This document shows, in pieces, positions 24,046-37,890 of a stretch of 64,000 bases of DNA. The notes below the pieces were generated by a model. That model was not told the DNA's origin. It did no database searches and saw nothing but the letters and a program-made list of their open reading frames with translations. Numbering within the stretch: position 1 is the first letter of the stretch; each line of letters opens with the position of its first letter. The stretch spans positions 62,001 through 126,000 of the forward strand of contig CAXHJY010000988.1 in NCBI GenBank assembly GCA_964016885.1, written 5' to 3'. The stretch is from Eledone cirrhosa. Its lineage: Eukaryota. A program made the translations under genes and the position numbers.

Positions 24046-26329
24046 GGTTAGACAAGTTGTCACCGCTTTGAGATAAGTCAGCTCAGATGAGATGTGTAAA
24101 ATCTGAAGCTTTGATAGATTTTAGTCAACCTTGTTGGGAAGTCCAATGTGTAATTTTTTTATGTTAACATCATACATTGTATGTATATCAACAACATTCC
24201 ATCTGTTGCCATTGTGCAGCCCCAGGTCAACTCTGATCAAGCAAAGCTACATGAATCCATCTATATTCAATATATTTAGTAGTGAGAGTATAAATATTAC
24301 AAAACAAAACTTCATTTCTTGAAGGATAACATATAAAATTATATTGATGATATCTAGATATCTTCATTTTAACCTCCTTATCTTAAAGATTTATCATCTT
24401 TTCTGAACAGCCAACAGAGAGTTATTGCTTTCTCCAAATATGAGAAAAGATATTGGAATTCACTTTTAGTTGATATCTGGTTGTGTAACTTAAGTGATTT
24501 ATTTACAAGTCATACCAAACACCAGTTATTTTGTGGCTTTGCTTTGAAATTATAATATAGATTAGTCACTGTCCTGTGATCTGTAATATTGAACAAATGT
24601 TTTCTCAACACTACTCAACACATTTTCAGACTTGAAGCATTATCACAAATATTATTATTCATGTTTCTCTTATCAGTTAAGCTAATCCTTACACAAATCA
24701 CAATAATGCAAAGAACCAGTGTTTTTCTTCAGTTTCCAAAACACTAAGTATATACAAGTTAAATCTTCCTTGTATAGAATGCAATTCTATGACAGATAAC
24801 ATTCCCCAAAACATCAAGTAGCTGAACTCAAGAAATGTAGAATTAAATGTTCTGTCCCCTTCCCCACCAACAGATGAACCTATAATTCAATAGTAAACGA
24901 GTTAAAAATTAAACACAGTTAATCATTTTTTTATTACACAACTAGTGGACCTGCACCATCAATAATGATAGCAATAACATTGAATATATTTAATTTTTGG
25001 GGTCTAGGATTGGTATGTTATGTATACTGGGATATCATCATCATCATCATCATCATGGTTTAACGTCCACTTTCCATGCTAGCATGGGTTAGACAGGTTG
25101 TCCTATTTGAAGCAAGTTGGGTCAGGTGACCGTGTCTTGCTCATATAGAACAGTTTCTGGCTTGGTTTCTACAGCTGGATGCCCTTCCTAACACCAACTA
25201 CATTTACCATGTGGGCTGGGCGCTTTTTGTCATGACTCCTACATATATACTAAGAAATTAGCATTTTGATAAATTTATGATTTGCATGAGAGAAACCCTA
25301 TAGTTTATATTATTTACTAATGAAGTTACAAAGAGATATGTATAAATATACAAACATACATGGTATATTATTACGGTTGATTGATGAGAAATTGACTGTA
25401 CATGCAGATGTTTCTGTGTTCTTGAATTCTGAACCTGAGTCCCAAAATTAAAATGGTTAATCTAGGAAGATGTGAACCTCCAACAATACTCAGTTCTGTT
25501 CAATGGATGCCAGATTACATTTCCTCCTAGGGTTCCACACCCAAGTCTCAACCAAAAGCAGCCTAGATATATCATGGTAAATTTGCACTGACTCTATTGA
25601 CAAAAACCTCAAAACCTTCTTCCGATGGGGTCATGCCAACCCTTATCATCCCACCATGGGTCATGTGGCACTTGACCCCTTCATGATTACTTATGATCAT
25701 TTCTGACAAACACAACTCCTCAACCCAGTAAAGACTGGCCCTTCTTTTTCAAATTTCCAAAGTACTTCAATCTTAAACAACTATGGATCTTTTACAAAGT
25801 TTAGGTAAACTTAGACCCCCTTCAGTCACGAATGACCAGAAAATTCCCCTCCAAGACACAAGTCTGGGCAAGGTTTGTTTGTGGAAGACCAGCAGTTGTC
25901 CATACATACCAGTCTCCACTCTCCATGTCACCGATGTTGTCCAAGTGATGTTGCAACTCATTTCCACAGCTGAATGAACTGTAACAACGTGAAATAAAGT
26001 GTCTTGCTCAAGGACAACGATACACCATGACACAATGAATACTGCACCAATATCTGTGTTGGGGCTGGTAGTAGACACACAGACATTCTAGACCACAACG
26101 AAATGTTAAGCCCCTTACCTGATTATAACATTATTACTTCTCCAAACATTCCAGCATCTGGCCCTAAGACAAGCTGTCTACCTCTTTATACTGCTACTAC
26201 AGTAGTCTCTGCTCTTTATATCTGGCTAGTCTTATGCCATGTCCACTCAGATACTCCTGATTCCCTCCTCTTTTGCCCTCTTCTCATCCTTATTGTGTTT
26301 CTCCTCTAAAACCATATAGTGGAAACATG

Positions 26330-26590
26330 AGACTGGTGGTAAGAGTGTTGGACTTATGATCATAAAGTTGTAAGTTCGATTTGTGGACTGTGTTGTGTTC
26401 TTGAGCAAAACACTTCATTTCATGTTGCTCCAGCATACTCAGCTGAAAATGAGTACCAGCAATTCCTGGGGTTTTAACCTTGTGAAGGACTGGTGTCCTG
26501 TCCAGAAGAGAGTCACATTTTCTCAGTTGGTTAACACCATGAAAACCGTGATAAACACCGATATGATGAGACTCCAAGCATGAGACAGAC
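26330..26590 (+). mobile_element. tRNA-derived SINE, family C
   Basis: tggtaagagtg, aagttcgatt, ttcttgagcaaaacacttcatttca body. Confidence 0.7.
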
Positions 26591-27931
26591 TTTAGACTTA
26601 GTCTAAAACCTCCAGGCATGAGATAGATTTTAGACTTAGTCTAAAACCTCCACAGACTTTAGACTTAGTCTAAAACCTCCAGGCATGAGACAGACTTTAG
26701 ACTTAGTCTAAAACCTCTAGGCATGAGACAGACTTTAGACTTAGTCTAAAACCTCTAGGCATGAGACAGACTTTAGACTTAGTCTAAAACCTCTAGGCAT
26801 GAGACAGACTTTAGGCTTAGTCTAAAACCTCCAGGCATGAGACAGACTTTAGACTTAGTCTAAAACCTCTAGGCATGAGACAGACTTTAGACTTAGTCTA
26901 AAACCTCTAGGCATGAGACAGACTTTAGACTTAGTCTAAAACCTCTAGGCATGAGACAGACTTTAGACTTAGTCTAAAACCTCTAGGCATGAGAAAGACT
27001 TTAGACTTAGTCTAAAACCTCCAGGCATGAGACAGACTTTAGACTTAGTCTAAAACCGCTAGGCATGAGACAGACTTTAGACTTAGTCTAAAACCTCTAG
27101 GCATGAGACAGACTTTAGACTTAGTCCAAAACCTCTAGGCATGAGACATACTTTAGATTTAGTCTAAAACCTCTAGGCATGAGACAGACTTTAGACTTAG
27201 TCTAAAACCTCTAGGCATGAGACAGACTTTAGACTTAGTCTAAAACCTCTAGGCATGAGACAGACTTTAGACTTAGTCTAAAACCTCCAGGCATGAGACA
27301 GACTTTAGACTTAGTCTAAAACCTCTAGGCATGAGACAGACTTTAGACTTAGTCTAAAACCTCTAGGCATGAGACAGACTTTAGACTTAGTCTAAAACCT
27401 CCAGGCATGAGACAGATTTTAGACTTAGTCTAAAACCTCCAGGCTTGAGATAGATTTTAGACTTAGTCTAAAACCTCTAGGCATGAGACAGACTTTAGAC
27501 TTAGTCTAAAACCTCTAGGCATGAGAAAGACTTTAGACTTAGTCTAAAACCTCTAGGCATGAGACAGACTTTAGACTTAGTCTAAAACCTCCAGGCATGA
27601 GACAGATTTTAGACTTAGTCTAAAACCTCCAGGCTTGAGATAGATTTTAGACTTAGTCTAAAACCTCTAGGCATGAGACAGACTTTAGACTTAGTCTAAA
27701 ACCTCTAGGCATGAGACAGACTTTAGACTTAGTCTAAAACCTCTAGGCATGAGACAGACTTTAGACTTAGTCTAAAACCTCCAGGCATGAGACAGACTTT
27801 AGACTTAGTCTAAAACCTCTAGGCATGAGACAGACTTTAGACTTAGTCTAAAACCTCCAGGCATGAGACAGACTTTAGACTTAGTCTAAAACCTCCAGGC
27901 ATGAGACAGACTTTAGACTTAGTCTAAAACC
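26578..27931. repeat. 38-bp tandem satellite, ~35 copies
   Basis: Unit aggcatgagacagactttagacttagtctaaaacctct with internal palindrome tttagact-t-agtctaaa; no spacers. Confidence 0.95.
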
Positions 27932-28009
27932 AGACATTAACTACAACACCCAGTTCTTTTCTTGCAGCAGTCATTGAATAAACAAAGGAAAAAGGCAGTT
28001 CTACAGGCA

Positions 28010-28190
28010 TTTTGGCAGTATCGGTAGAGGGTCGGAAGCCATGCTTTCCAGCATAGTTACGTCCCTTTACGATTTGAGTTCAAATCCCGCCGAGGTTGAC
28101 TTTGCCTTTCATCTTTACGGGGTCGATAAAATAAAGTACCAGTAATGCACTGGGTAATTGCTGGCCTTGTGCCTAAAAGTAGAAATTATT
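28010..28190 (+). mobile_element. Family A SINE
   Basis: Matches family consensus. Confidence 0.85.
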
Positions 28191-28495
28191 ATCTGATATA
28201 TATGTCATGAAAAATATATTGAAAAGATACTAATAATGCATTTAAGGTCAGGAACACAGTTTAGTTGTGAGAGTTCAATACCTCTACAGAGATATGCACA
28301 AGTGCATACACCCATACACCCATACACACACATACACACACACACATACACACACACACACATTTACACACATACCAAAATCATGGCATATCATATCCCA
28401 GCATGATTCAGTTATATATTAAAATAAAAGATAAGCTGTTTATATACTTTAATAACAATTTCATTGCCAAAAACATTGTATTATGTTCAGAGGTG

Positions 28496-29760
28496 AATAT
28501 ATACATACATTCATAGACATATATACTTATATACATACATTCATAGACATATATACTTATATACATACATGCATATACATATATACTTATATACATACAT
28601 GCATATACATATATACTTATATACATACATTTATATACATATATACTTATATACATACATATACATATATACTTATATACATACATTCATATACATATAT
28701 ACTTATATACATACATTTATATACATATATACTTATATACATACATATACATATATACTTATATACATACATTCATATACATATATACTTATATACATAC
28801 ATTTATATACATATATACTTATATACATACATATACATATATACTTATATACATACATTCATATACATATATACTTATATACATACATTCATATACATAT
28901 ATACTTATATACATACATATACATATATACTTATATACATACATACCTATATATATATACATACATATACATATATACTTATATACATACATATACATAT
29001 ATACTTATATACATATATACATATATACATATATACTCATATACATACATATACATACATACTTATATACATACATATACACACATACATGCATACATAC
29101 ATATACACACATACATGCATACATACACATACACGCACATCCACATGTACACATACACACATACATATCTACACACACATGTGTACATGTACATGTACAC
29201 ACATATGCACACACATACATGTACACACATATGCACACACATACATGTACATACACATGTACACATACATGTACATACACATGTACATATACATGTACAC
29301 ACACATGTACACATACATGTACACACACATGCATACACATACATGTACACATACATGCATACACATACATTTACACACACATGCATACATACATGTACAC
29401 AGACATGTACACATACATGTACATACACATGTACACATACATGTACATACACATGTACACACACATGTACATACACATGTACACACACACATGTACATAC
29501 ACATGTACACATACATGTACACATATGTACTTACACACACACACACACACACAATCATTATTAAACATACAACATCGCACATGCATACATATACATGTAC
29601 ATACACATGTACACATACATGTACACACACATGTACATACACATGTACACATACATGTGCATACACATGTACACACACATGTACATACACATGTACACAT
29701 ACATGTACACATATGTACTTACACACACACACACAATCATTATTAAACATACAACATCAC
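28496..29760. repeat. Microsatellite-derived minisatellites (30/24-bp atacttat units, then acatgtacac units)
   Basis: Direct reading. Confidence 0.9.
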
Positions 29761-30154
29761 AAACATAATCTTTGGTTATAATTCTTAATATTAATCTTCA
29801 ATATGAAAAATTATTTCCATAAAAATAGAATGATTCTTCTATTTAACTCCCCATAAAAAAATGTCACTCTTCTATTTTTGGAAATTAATTTCAACCCAAT
29901 TACTGATAATGTAGCATTTTTGCTCGATTCTATTTGCAACCAACAATTCTTGAAGTTTTTACTGTCTATTCTTAGTAAACATATTCCTTTCTTTATTGCT
30001 ATATGAACAATTTTATTCGTGTAAGCTAAGAATTTGTGAAAACAAAGCTATATATTGCTAGAAAAGATTTTCTAATAATTTAGTTTGTAGTATAATACAA
30101 GTTACTGTTCTATATCTTTGCCTTGGGCTACTGCCATTGATTGTAAAGAATGGT

Positions 30155-30461
30155 GGAGAGAGAGAGATGGCAGGTGAGAGAGAGGGAGAGTGTATGTGTC
30201 TATGTCAGAGAGAGAGAGAGATGGCAGGTGAGAGAAAGGGAGAGTGTATGTGTCTATGTCAGAGAGAGATGGCAGGTGAGAGAAAGGGAAAGAGATGGCA
30301 GGTGAGAGAGAGAGTGTATGTGTCTATGTATGTGTCAGAGAGAGAGAGAGAGAGAGAGAGATATGGCAGGTGAGAGAAAGGGAAAGAGATGGCAGGTGAG
30401 AGAGAGAGAGAGAGAGTGTATGTGTCTATGTATGTGTCAGAGAGAGAGAGAGAGAGAGGGA

Positions 30462-30513
<52 letters not shown>

Positions 30514-30740
30514 TGGCAGGTGAGAGAAAGGGAAAGAGATGGCAGGTGAGAGAGAGAGAGTGTATGTGTCTATATATGTGTCAGAGAGAGAGAGGGATGG
30601 CAGGTGAGAGAGAGAGAGTGTATGTGTCTATGTATGTGTCAGAGAGAGAGAGTGAAAGAGTGTATGTGAATTTATGTCAGTATGTGTGTGTGTTTGTATG
30701 TGTGTGTGAGAGAGAGAAAGAGACATGGAGAGAGAGAGAA
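30155..30740. repeat. (GA)n compound repeat with atggcaggtg and gtgtatgtgtctatg anchors
   Basis: Direct reading. Confidence 0.85.
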
Positions 30741-30916
30741 AGGGGAAGAGGAGGATGAGGTATGTAAAGTAGGAAAGTAGATGAGGGGTGTAAGAGAGAG
30801 GAGGGGTGAAGAATGAAAGTGAAAGAATAATATAAGGAAGATAGGAAGAAATAAAGGAAAAGAAGGAATGGAAAAAGGCTGTATTTGGGGAAGGAAATAT
30901 ATATATATATATATAT

Positions 30917-31560
30917 AGTGGTAGAACACTGGAAGGTAATATCCGTAGTGGCAGAGCACTCAGTCCATGGGACGAGTTAGGTAGAAGTGGTTACACAACA
31001 GTTAGTTCACCATACCGAGAATAATTGTTTCACCTTAGCGGATCCTCAGCTCGTAATGGACATGGTTGTACGGAACAGGAAGCATAACCGTACGAATGCG
31101 CATGCGCAGAAAGGATCACTTCACACAGGCAATACTAAATTGCGTGTTAGAGGTGTAAGGGAGATAACTGCGTAAGTCCGAAAGTTTCTAGTTGATAAGA
31201 AAATTAGGATGATGTTGTAATTCAATCCGGAGCTTTGTAGTTATGTAAGAGGTGTTTCGAGATGTGTGGACAACGTGTGAAGAATTCATTTCTCGTGTTT
31301 AGGCAATCACTATTGCGTAATCTCTTTAGAATATTTATTCGTTCATCTATACATAATCCACACGACGGATTGCCTCTTGTGTATGGCTTGGAGGACTTAG
31401 TGATGATGACTTTCCATTGGATGGAGTAGTCTATATTTGAGTCCTTGAGACTCCCAGGGAGTGTAACTTGGAGTTACTGTAGGTTCACTCAGGTGAGCAC
31501 TCGATGTTTAGGTTCACTTCAGTGTCGAGGTGTAGAGCTAGACAGAGTGTATTATAGTGA
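30917..31560 (-). mobile_element. PLE 3' end: endonuclease C-terminus, HHR and tail inserted in (TA)n
   Basis: SKPYTRGNPSCGLCIDERINI..CLNTRNEFFTRCPH; HHR-like cgag CTGAGGA..GAAA caatta TT ctcg at 31016-31053. Confidence 0.7.
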
Positions 31561-31628
31561 AAAGATAACAAGGACGATTGGTTACTCCTTCATTATGTTG
31601 GTGACGCGCGTTCATCATTGATCAGCTC

Positions 31629-31685
31629 AAGGTTCGATCTGTATCGATCTTTCCCGACTCTGTAATCACCGGCTCATCAGACCCC
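31629..31685 (-). ncRNA. Decayed hammerhead ribozyme
   Basis: ggt CTGATGA g[ccg/cgg] GAAA gatc..gatc GA acc; U16.1 mutated. Confidence 0.5.
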
Positions 31686-32199
31686 TTATAATGGTAATGG
31701 AAAAATGAATATACATGCCGTATGAGAAGTTCCTATGGTGGTCAGTGAAATTTGTTTTGATTGGTGGGTTAATTCATAGGGATGTTTTTGCCTGTAGTGT
31801 ATGTGGGGTGGGTGTGGTGATAAGTTGGTGGTGCGGGGCGTGAAAGGTTGCGGTGTTTAGGGTGGGGTGATATGTGTGGTAGTGGATTGTTAAGGGGGCT
31901 CACGTTATAAGGAGTTAATGTTCTGAGCGTATGTAAAAGCATATAGATACATATATACACACAGCCAGATAGGCATATTATATACATACACATGTGTCTA
32001 TATATATATAAATATAGCCAGTGGGGAGGGCGATTGCACACATGCGGTGTTTAGGGTGGGGTGTTAGGTGTGGTATGTGTTGGTGGGGTTGATGGGTGAG
32101 GATGTATGGCGATGTGTTTGGTGGTGGTGGTGGGGGTGATGGGTGCAACATAATATTTACAGGATCAGATCTTACAATGGGTTACATGTTAAAGAAGAC

Positions 32200-32960
32200 A
32201 ATGGTACTGAGATAATACCAGAACTAAAGAATAGGACTAAACTCAGCCTCTGGTCCTGTACAAAAGAGGTAAGTGACTGGTTCTCCGGCATTGAAACCAA
32301 ATCGGACGTTCGATTCCAAATGGACATTCCGAACTACTACACCCCGGTCATCCTAAACAAGGCACTGATCTCAGCCACGAACAGATCAAGCCTCACCAGA
32401 AAGGACATCATACTAGTAGCTAGGAAAACCTTACTAGAATTTGACGGTAAATTATGGGAACGACAAAATAGACCAGATAGCTTCGACATTACTATGGGGT
32501 CGAGTGACTCCGCACAGGTTACTGATGTAGTAGGCCTATACCTCCTAAATATAATAACGGACGAGATCCCTAACATGGGCGGAGGCTTGTACTGGGACGA
32601 CACCCTACTTATGACCCACGGACTCAGTAATAGCCAATTAGATAGACTACACAAACGACTTAGATATATCTTTAAGACCCAAGAATTAGCGGTAGAAATA
32701 GAACACAACACTAGGACAATAAACTTCTTAGACGTGACGTTAGAATTAGACACAGGTCTCTACCACCCTTACCATAAACCCAACGAAAACCTAAAACCTA
32801 AACAGACACTCCAACCACCCTAGGACCATAATTAACTTGATAGTTAAGAGTGTTTCCCATGGAGTGTCCACCCTGTCGGCGAACAGAACTATCTTCAACC
32901 AGCACGCGGAATACTATAACTCCGTACTTGAAAAGGCTGGGTATAATGAGACGATAGCTT
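32200..32960 (+). pseudogene. Penelope-like element RT fragment (YRDD type, second family)
   Basis: FQMDIPNYY, FDITMGSSDSAQV, GLYWDD, INFLDVTLEL, PYHKPN. Confidence 0.85.
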
Positions 32961-33069
32961 ACAATGACCAGTAGTGTAACGCCACTGAATCCACTCAGAC
33001 CCTTAGAAACACAAATAGATGATGACAACCCACCTAGAATAAATAATATGTATTTCTCTCTCTATATAT

Positions 33070-33498
33070 ATGTATTTGTATGTATATGGACTTCGCTGCA
33101 CGGAGTGCACCGCAACCTACGTCGGGCAGACTGGACGTCATCTGGCAGATCGTTTCACGGAACACCTCCGTGATGTTCGTCTCGGCTGGAGTTCTTCTCC
33201 CAACTCCACCCACCACCACCCCTACATACCTCACACCCTTCCACCACTTGTTTATTTTTATGTTTATCTTTATTTTTATTTGTACTTCTAAAAAAATCGT
33301 TTTTCCTCCATCCTCCCCATTTTTAAATGTCTTTCCCCCACTCCACTCCCCACACACCCTCGGAACTCTCTTCCTACCCACTTTTCTCCTGATGAAGGGC
33401 TTATGCCCGAAACGTCCGTCCTCCACTCTTAAAAGAGTAAACCTAATAAACCACTATTTGTACTGCTTCTCTGTTTTTGTTCCTGTCTAAGATTTAAC
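33070..33498 (+). mobile_element. PLE 3' fragment: GIY-YIG piece plus HHR core
   Basis: VYGLRCTECTATYVGQTGRHLADRFTEH; CTGATGA agggcttatgccc GAAAC GTC at 33389-33416. Confidence 0.8.
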
Positions 33499-33508
33499 TA
33501 TATATATA

Positions 33509-36500
33509 TCATCATCATCATCATCGTCATCATCGTTTAACGTCCATCTTCCACGCTAGCATGGGTTTAGACAGGAAGTGTCCCACTTGAGGCAAGATTG
33601 GTTGTCTTGCTCGTATAGGACTGTTTGGCGGGTTTTCTACGGCTGGATGCCCTTCCTAACACCAACCACGTTTACAGTGTGGGTCTGGGAGGTTTTTACC
33701 GTGTTACCTACACGGCCACATTACAGCGTGGACTGTGTGTTTTTTTGTCGTGACACCTACACAACCTCATTTATTTCGGACTGGATGTTGTGGTACCAAC
33801 ATAACTTTACATCGAAAGGGGCGGTGTGGATGGGGTGGGGGTGGTGGGACGGGGGTGTATTTTTGTTAAGAGGTGCCAACTGACTGTAGGTTTCGCTTTG
33901 TACTTAGGCAAGGCGGGTCTTCTGTATTACTGCGTAGCGCCAAAGATCTCGGTCCAGTGACATTGTCTTGGGGGGTGTAAGTGTGTGAGGTCGGAATTTA
34001 TCAAGTCGTCCCAGGTTTTTCTGGGTCTGCCTACTCCGTGGCTACCGTCTATTTTTATCGCCCTGCACTTTTTTATACAACTGTCGTCTTTCATGCGCAT
34101 CACGTGACCCTACCAACGTAGTCTTCTCTCGAGTAAACAACATCAGATCCCTCTTATTCCTAATTTCTCACTTAGTTCATTTATGCTTTGCCGTTCACGT
34201 ATATTACTATAACACATCCAACGGAGCATGCAAGCTTCGTTCCTCTCCAGTCTGCGTATATCCTCTGCACACAATTCCCAAGTCTCACTGCCATGTAACA
34301 TTGCTGTTCGTATGCAGGCATCATACAGCCTGCCTTTCATGTTTAGAGAGAACCGTTTAGCGGCCATTAGTGGTATAAGCTCTCTGAACTTTTTCCATCG
34401 CGTTCTGACGCTAGCTACTGTACTTTCAGAGCACCCTCCACCACTGATGATTTTGCCACCCAGGTAACGGAAGGTGTCCACTATTTCTATAGAACCATCT
34501 GTGCAATGGAATGAGCTAGTATTCTGTGGGCATTTGCTGCTACTTATTGCACCTGAGCACCGGCCACATATAAAATCTATATTCTTAGTTAGATTACCTG
34601 TGATCCCACTACATCTTTTAAGCACCTATACTTTGCATTTGGGACATAAAATGGAGTTTTTGCCTACTCCTTTCCTACACACTGAGCATGGCCACTTCCC
34701 AGATGGGACCAGTGCCCTATTTTCCTTCCTACAAACTAGAACTTTAGTCTTAGACAGGTTAATTTTAAGGCCTTTTGATTCTAGGCCATGCTTCCATGTT
34801 TGGAATTTCTTCTCTAGTTCAGCCATTGATTCAGCTATGAGCGTTAGATCATCTGCGTATAGGAGTTCCCATGGGCAGCCGGTCTTGAACTCCTCTGTTA
34901 TAGCCTGAAGGGCAATAATAAATAGTAGGGGGCTAAGGACGGAGCCCTGATGTACACCAACTTTTGCGCTAAACTCTTCACTATATTCGTTGTTAATTCT
35001 AACCTTGCTGACTGTTTCTTTAGACATGGCTTGTATAGCTCTCACAAGCCATTCATCAACACCTAGTTTTCTAAGAGCCCACCAGATAATGGAGCGGGGG
35101 ACTCTGTGAAAGGCTTTCTCGAAGTAAACAAAAGCTAAGTATAGGGGTTTACCTTTAGCGAGGTACTTCTCCTGTAGTTATCATACAATGAAAAGAGCGT
35201 CTGTGGTACTTTTACCTGACACACACCCAAAATGCATTTCATCTAGATCAATTCGCTCTCTGATTAGTTGCGCTATTACTTTTTCTGTGACCTTCATGAC
35301 CTGGTCAATTAATTTAATGCCTCTATAGTTTCCCCTATCTCGGGCATCTCCTTTACCCTTGCAGCAGTTAATGATGATGCTACTATGCCAGTCCTTCGGA
35401 ACGACCCCATTCTGTATGACTTGGTTTACTATCCTGGTGACCATAGTGTGTACAACCGTTCCAGATGCTTTCAGCATTTTAGCAACTATTTCCGAAGTTC
35501 CAGCTGCCTTGACTATCTTCATATATTTGATCGGGTTACTTATTATACTGCTTTCAAGTTGCACTGTTGGTCCCTCTATTGGATCGATGTGGGGGAGACT
35601 GTCTTTCTCCCAATTATTCTCCTCATTTAGTAGCCTTTCGTAGTGACACTTCCAAGCTAACTTCTTATCAGCGTCAGTGATGGCAAGTACACCATCATCA
35701 TTACGGACACACTTCTCCCCGACAATATCACGGTTTTCCTTGACACATTGCCTAGCAATCCTGAACACCTCACGTTGTTGGTCCTCGCGTTGTAGAACAT
35801 GCTTGAACTTTCTTTCCTCTGCTTCTCTTCTTGCGAAGTACACTTGTCTCCTAGCTTCCCTCCTAGCCACTTGATAGTCTTCTCTACTTCGCCCATCCCG
35901 CCATGCTTTCCAAGTCTGCTTTTTGGCCTTGATTGACTCCTCCACCTTACTGTTCCGCCACCAAGTTATTCTCCTCCTGCCTATAGGACTGCTCCAGCCA
36001 CAGATTTCATCTGTCGCCTTCAGCAGGTTAGCTTTCAGGAATTCCCACTGTTCCCCTATATTGTACGACTCTAATTGCTCTTCCTTACTATCAAAAGCAT
36101 CAAGTAATATGCTTTTAAATTTATTACTGGCTGTGGGGTCCTTTAGCTTCCATATTTTTCTCCTGAGGATAGTCCTTTTCTGTTGTCGAGTACCTGAGGT
36201 CGCTAATTATGAGGCTATGTTGAGAGGTGCATTCTTCATGGGGGAGGGATTTAGTGTTTACAACAGACACTTTGTCACGTCTTCTGGTAAGGATATAATC
36301 TATCTGGCTGGTCTGTCCCCCTGATCTATAGGTGATCAAGTGATTGTCTCGTTTTTTGAAGTTAGTGTTACAGATTGTTAGGTTATTTGCGTCACAGAAT
36401 TCCAGGATTCTGGAGCCTTCCTCATTTCTAGTACCAAAACCATAGCCTCCATGGATTCCGCCATAGCCGTCACAATGTTGTCCAACGTGACTATTTAGGG

Positions 36501-36849
36501 ATAATTATGTAGTCACTGTCGGTTATTTGGGAGGTAGTGAGCATTAACGACTCATAGAATCTGTCTTTTATAACGCCAGGCAGTCCGGATTGGGGTGCAT
36601 ACGCAGATATTATTGTCACAGTAGTTCTATTGAGGACAAGTCTTATTTTAATTATTCTGTCGTTCACTCTTTTTACGTCTATTATCTTATCTGCCCATTT
36701 TTCTGCTAGCATGATTCCTACCCCACCCAGCCCATTGTCATTTCCCACCCAGAAAAGCTTATAGCATCGTTCTTTACCCACAATGAATCTAGCAGACCTA
36801 CCCCTCCACCTGGTCTCTTGAATACACCAAACATCGACCTCCTTACGTT

Positions 36850-36851
<2 letters not shown>
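33509..36851 (-). mobile_element. RTE-clade LINE, near full length, disrupted (APE endonuclease, RT, Cys-rich insert)
   Basis: IISAYAPQ, SQIDYIL, SQHSLII, NYRGIKL, GVHQGSVLSPLLF, LLYADDL, FRYLG, LHGSETW; (GAT)n tail; multiple stops and frameshifts. Confidence 0.95.
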
Positions 36852-36906
<55 letters not shown>

Positions 36907-37250
36907 ATCATCATCATTTTATGTCCGCTTTTCCCTGCTTGCAAGGGTGGGACGGGAACTGATTCTGGCTTGATTTCTACAGCTGGATGCCCTTCCTAAC
37001 ACCAACCTCATTTACAGTGAGTGCTGGGTTCTTTTTTGCCGTGGAACCTCCATGGAACCTCCATGACCACTTTGCAGTGGAATGATATTGACCCCAGTCC
37101 CTATCATCTCATTTCTACAGCTGAGTAAACTGGAGCAATGTGAAATAAAGTGTCTTGCTCAAGGAAACAACACATCACCCAGTCTGAGAATTGAACTCAC
37201 AACCTTTCGATTGCAAGGCCAATGCTCTAACCACTAAGCCATGTGCCTCC
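36907..37250 (-). mobile_element. tRNA-headed SINE with RTE-derived tail (second copy)
   Basis: Colinear with 8712-9080. Confidence 0.8.
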
Positions 37251-37444
37251 ATATGCGGGTTCGTACGTATGTAGGGTGTGTGTATATGCGTACTACGTGT
37301 TTTGGTTGACATACGTCTCCGAACATATGTGCATTTACATGTAGGTATGTGTGTGCGCTTTTTATATACGTATTTATTTATTTATTTATATACGTTTATT
37401 TAATTATATGTATACATGCACACACACACATATATATATATATA

Positions 37445-37890
37445 TATAAACGTTAGAATATGTGTAATAAGGCCAAGACAATGCAGATATGGACATAGAA
37501 AAAGAATGCAATAGTGAGAGATATTGATGAGAATTCGTCTTTCACCTTGAATTTATTTAAATGTCTTTAATTTTCGAGATAATATCTCTTCTTCGGAGGG
37601 AAGTAAAAGTCTCAGACCAGCGTCTTAAATTTCCAAAGAAGCCATGCATGGCTTCATTGGAAATTTAAGACGCTGGTCTGAGACTTTTACTTCCCTCCGA
37701 AGAAGAGATATTATCTCGAAAATTAAAGACATTTAAATAAATTCAAGGTGAAAGACGAATTCTCATCAATATCTCTCACTATTGCATTCTTTTTCTATGT
37801 CCATATCTGCATTGTCTTGGCCTTATTACACATATTCTAACGTTTATACCTCATTACACAATGCTTCAAGTGAACTATAACCTCCTCCTT
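37445..37890. mobile_element. 404-bp spacerless palindrome cassette with tail
   Basis: Centre gccatg|catggc at 37646/37647; HHR-like CCGAAGA a[gagat/atctc] GAAA at 37697-37721; (TA)n flanks. Confidence 0.8.

Noticed and set aside
26578-27931. CRISPR-like 38-bp palindromic repeats
   Set aside because: No unique spacers, no cas genes, eukaryotic context; derived from a SINE tail
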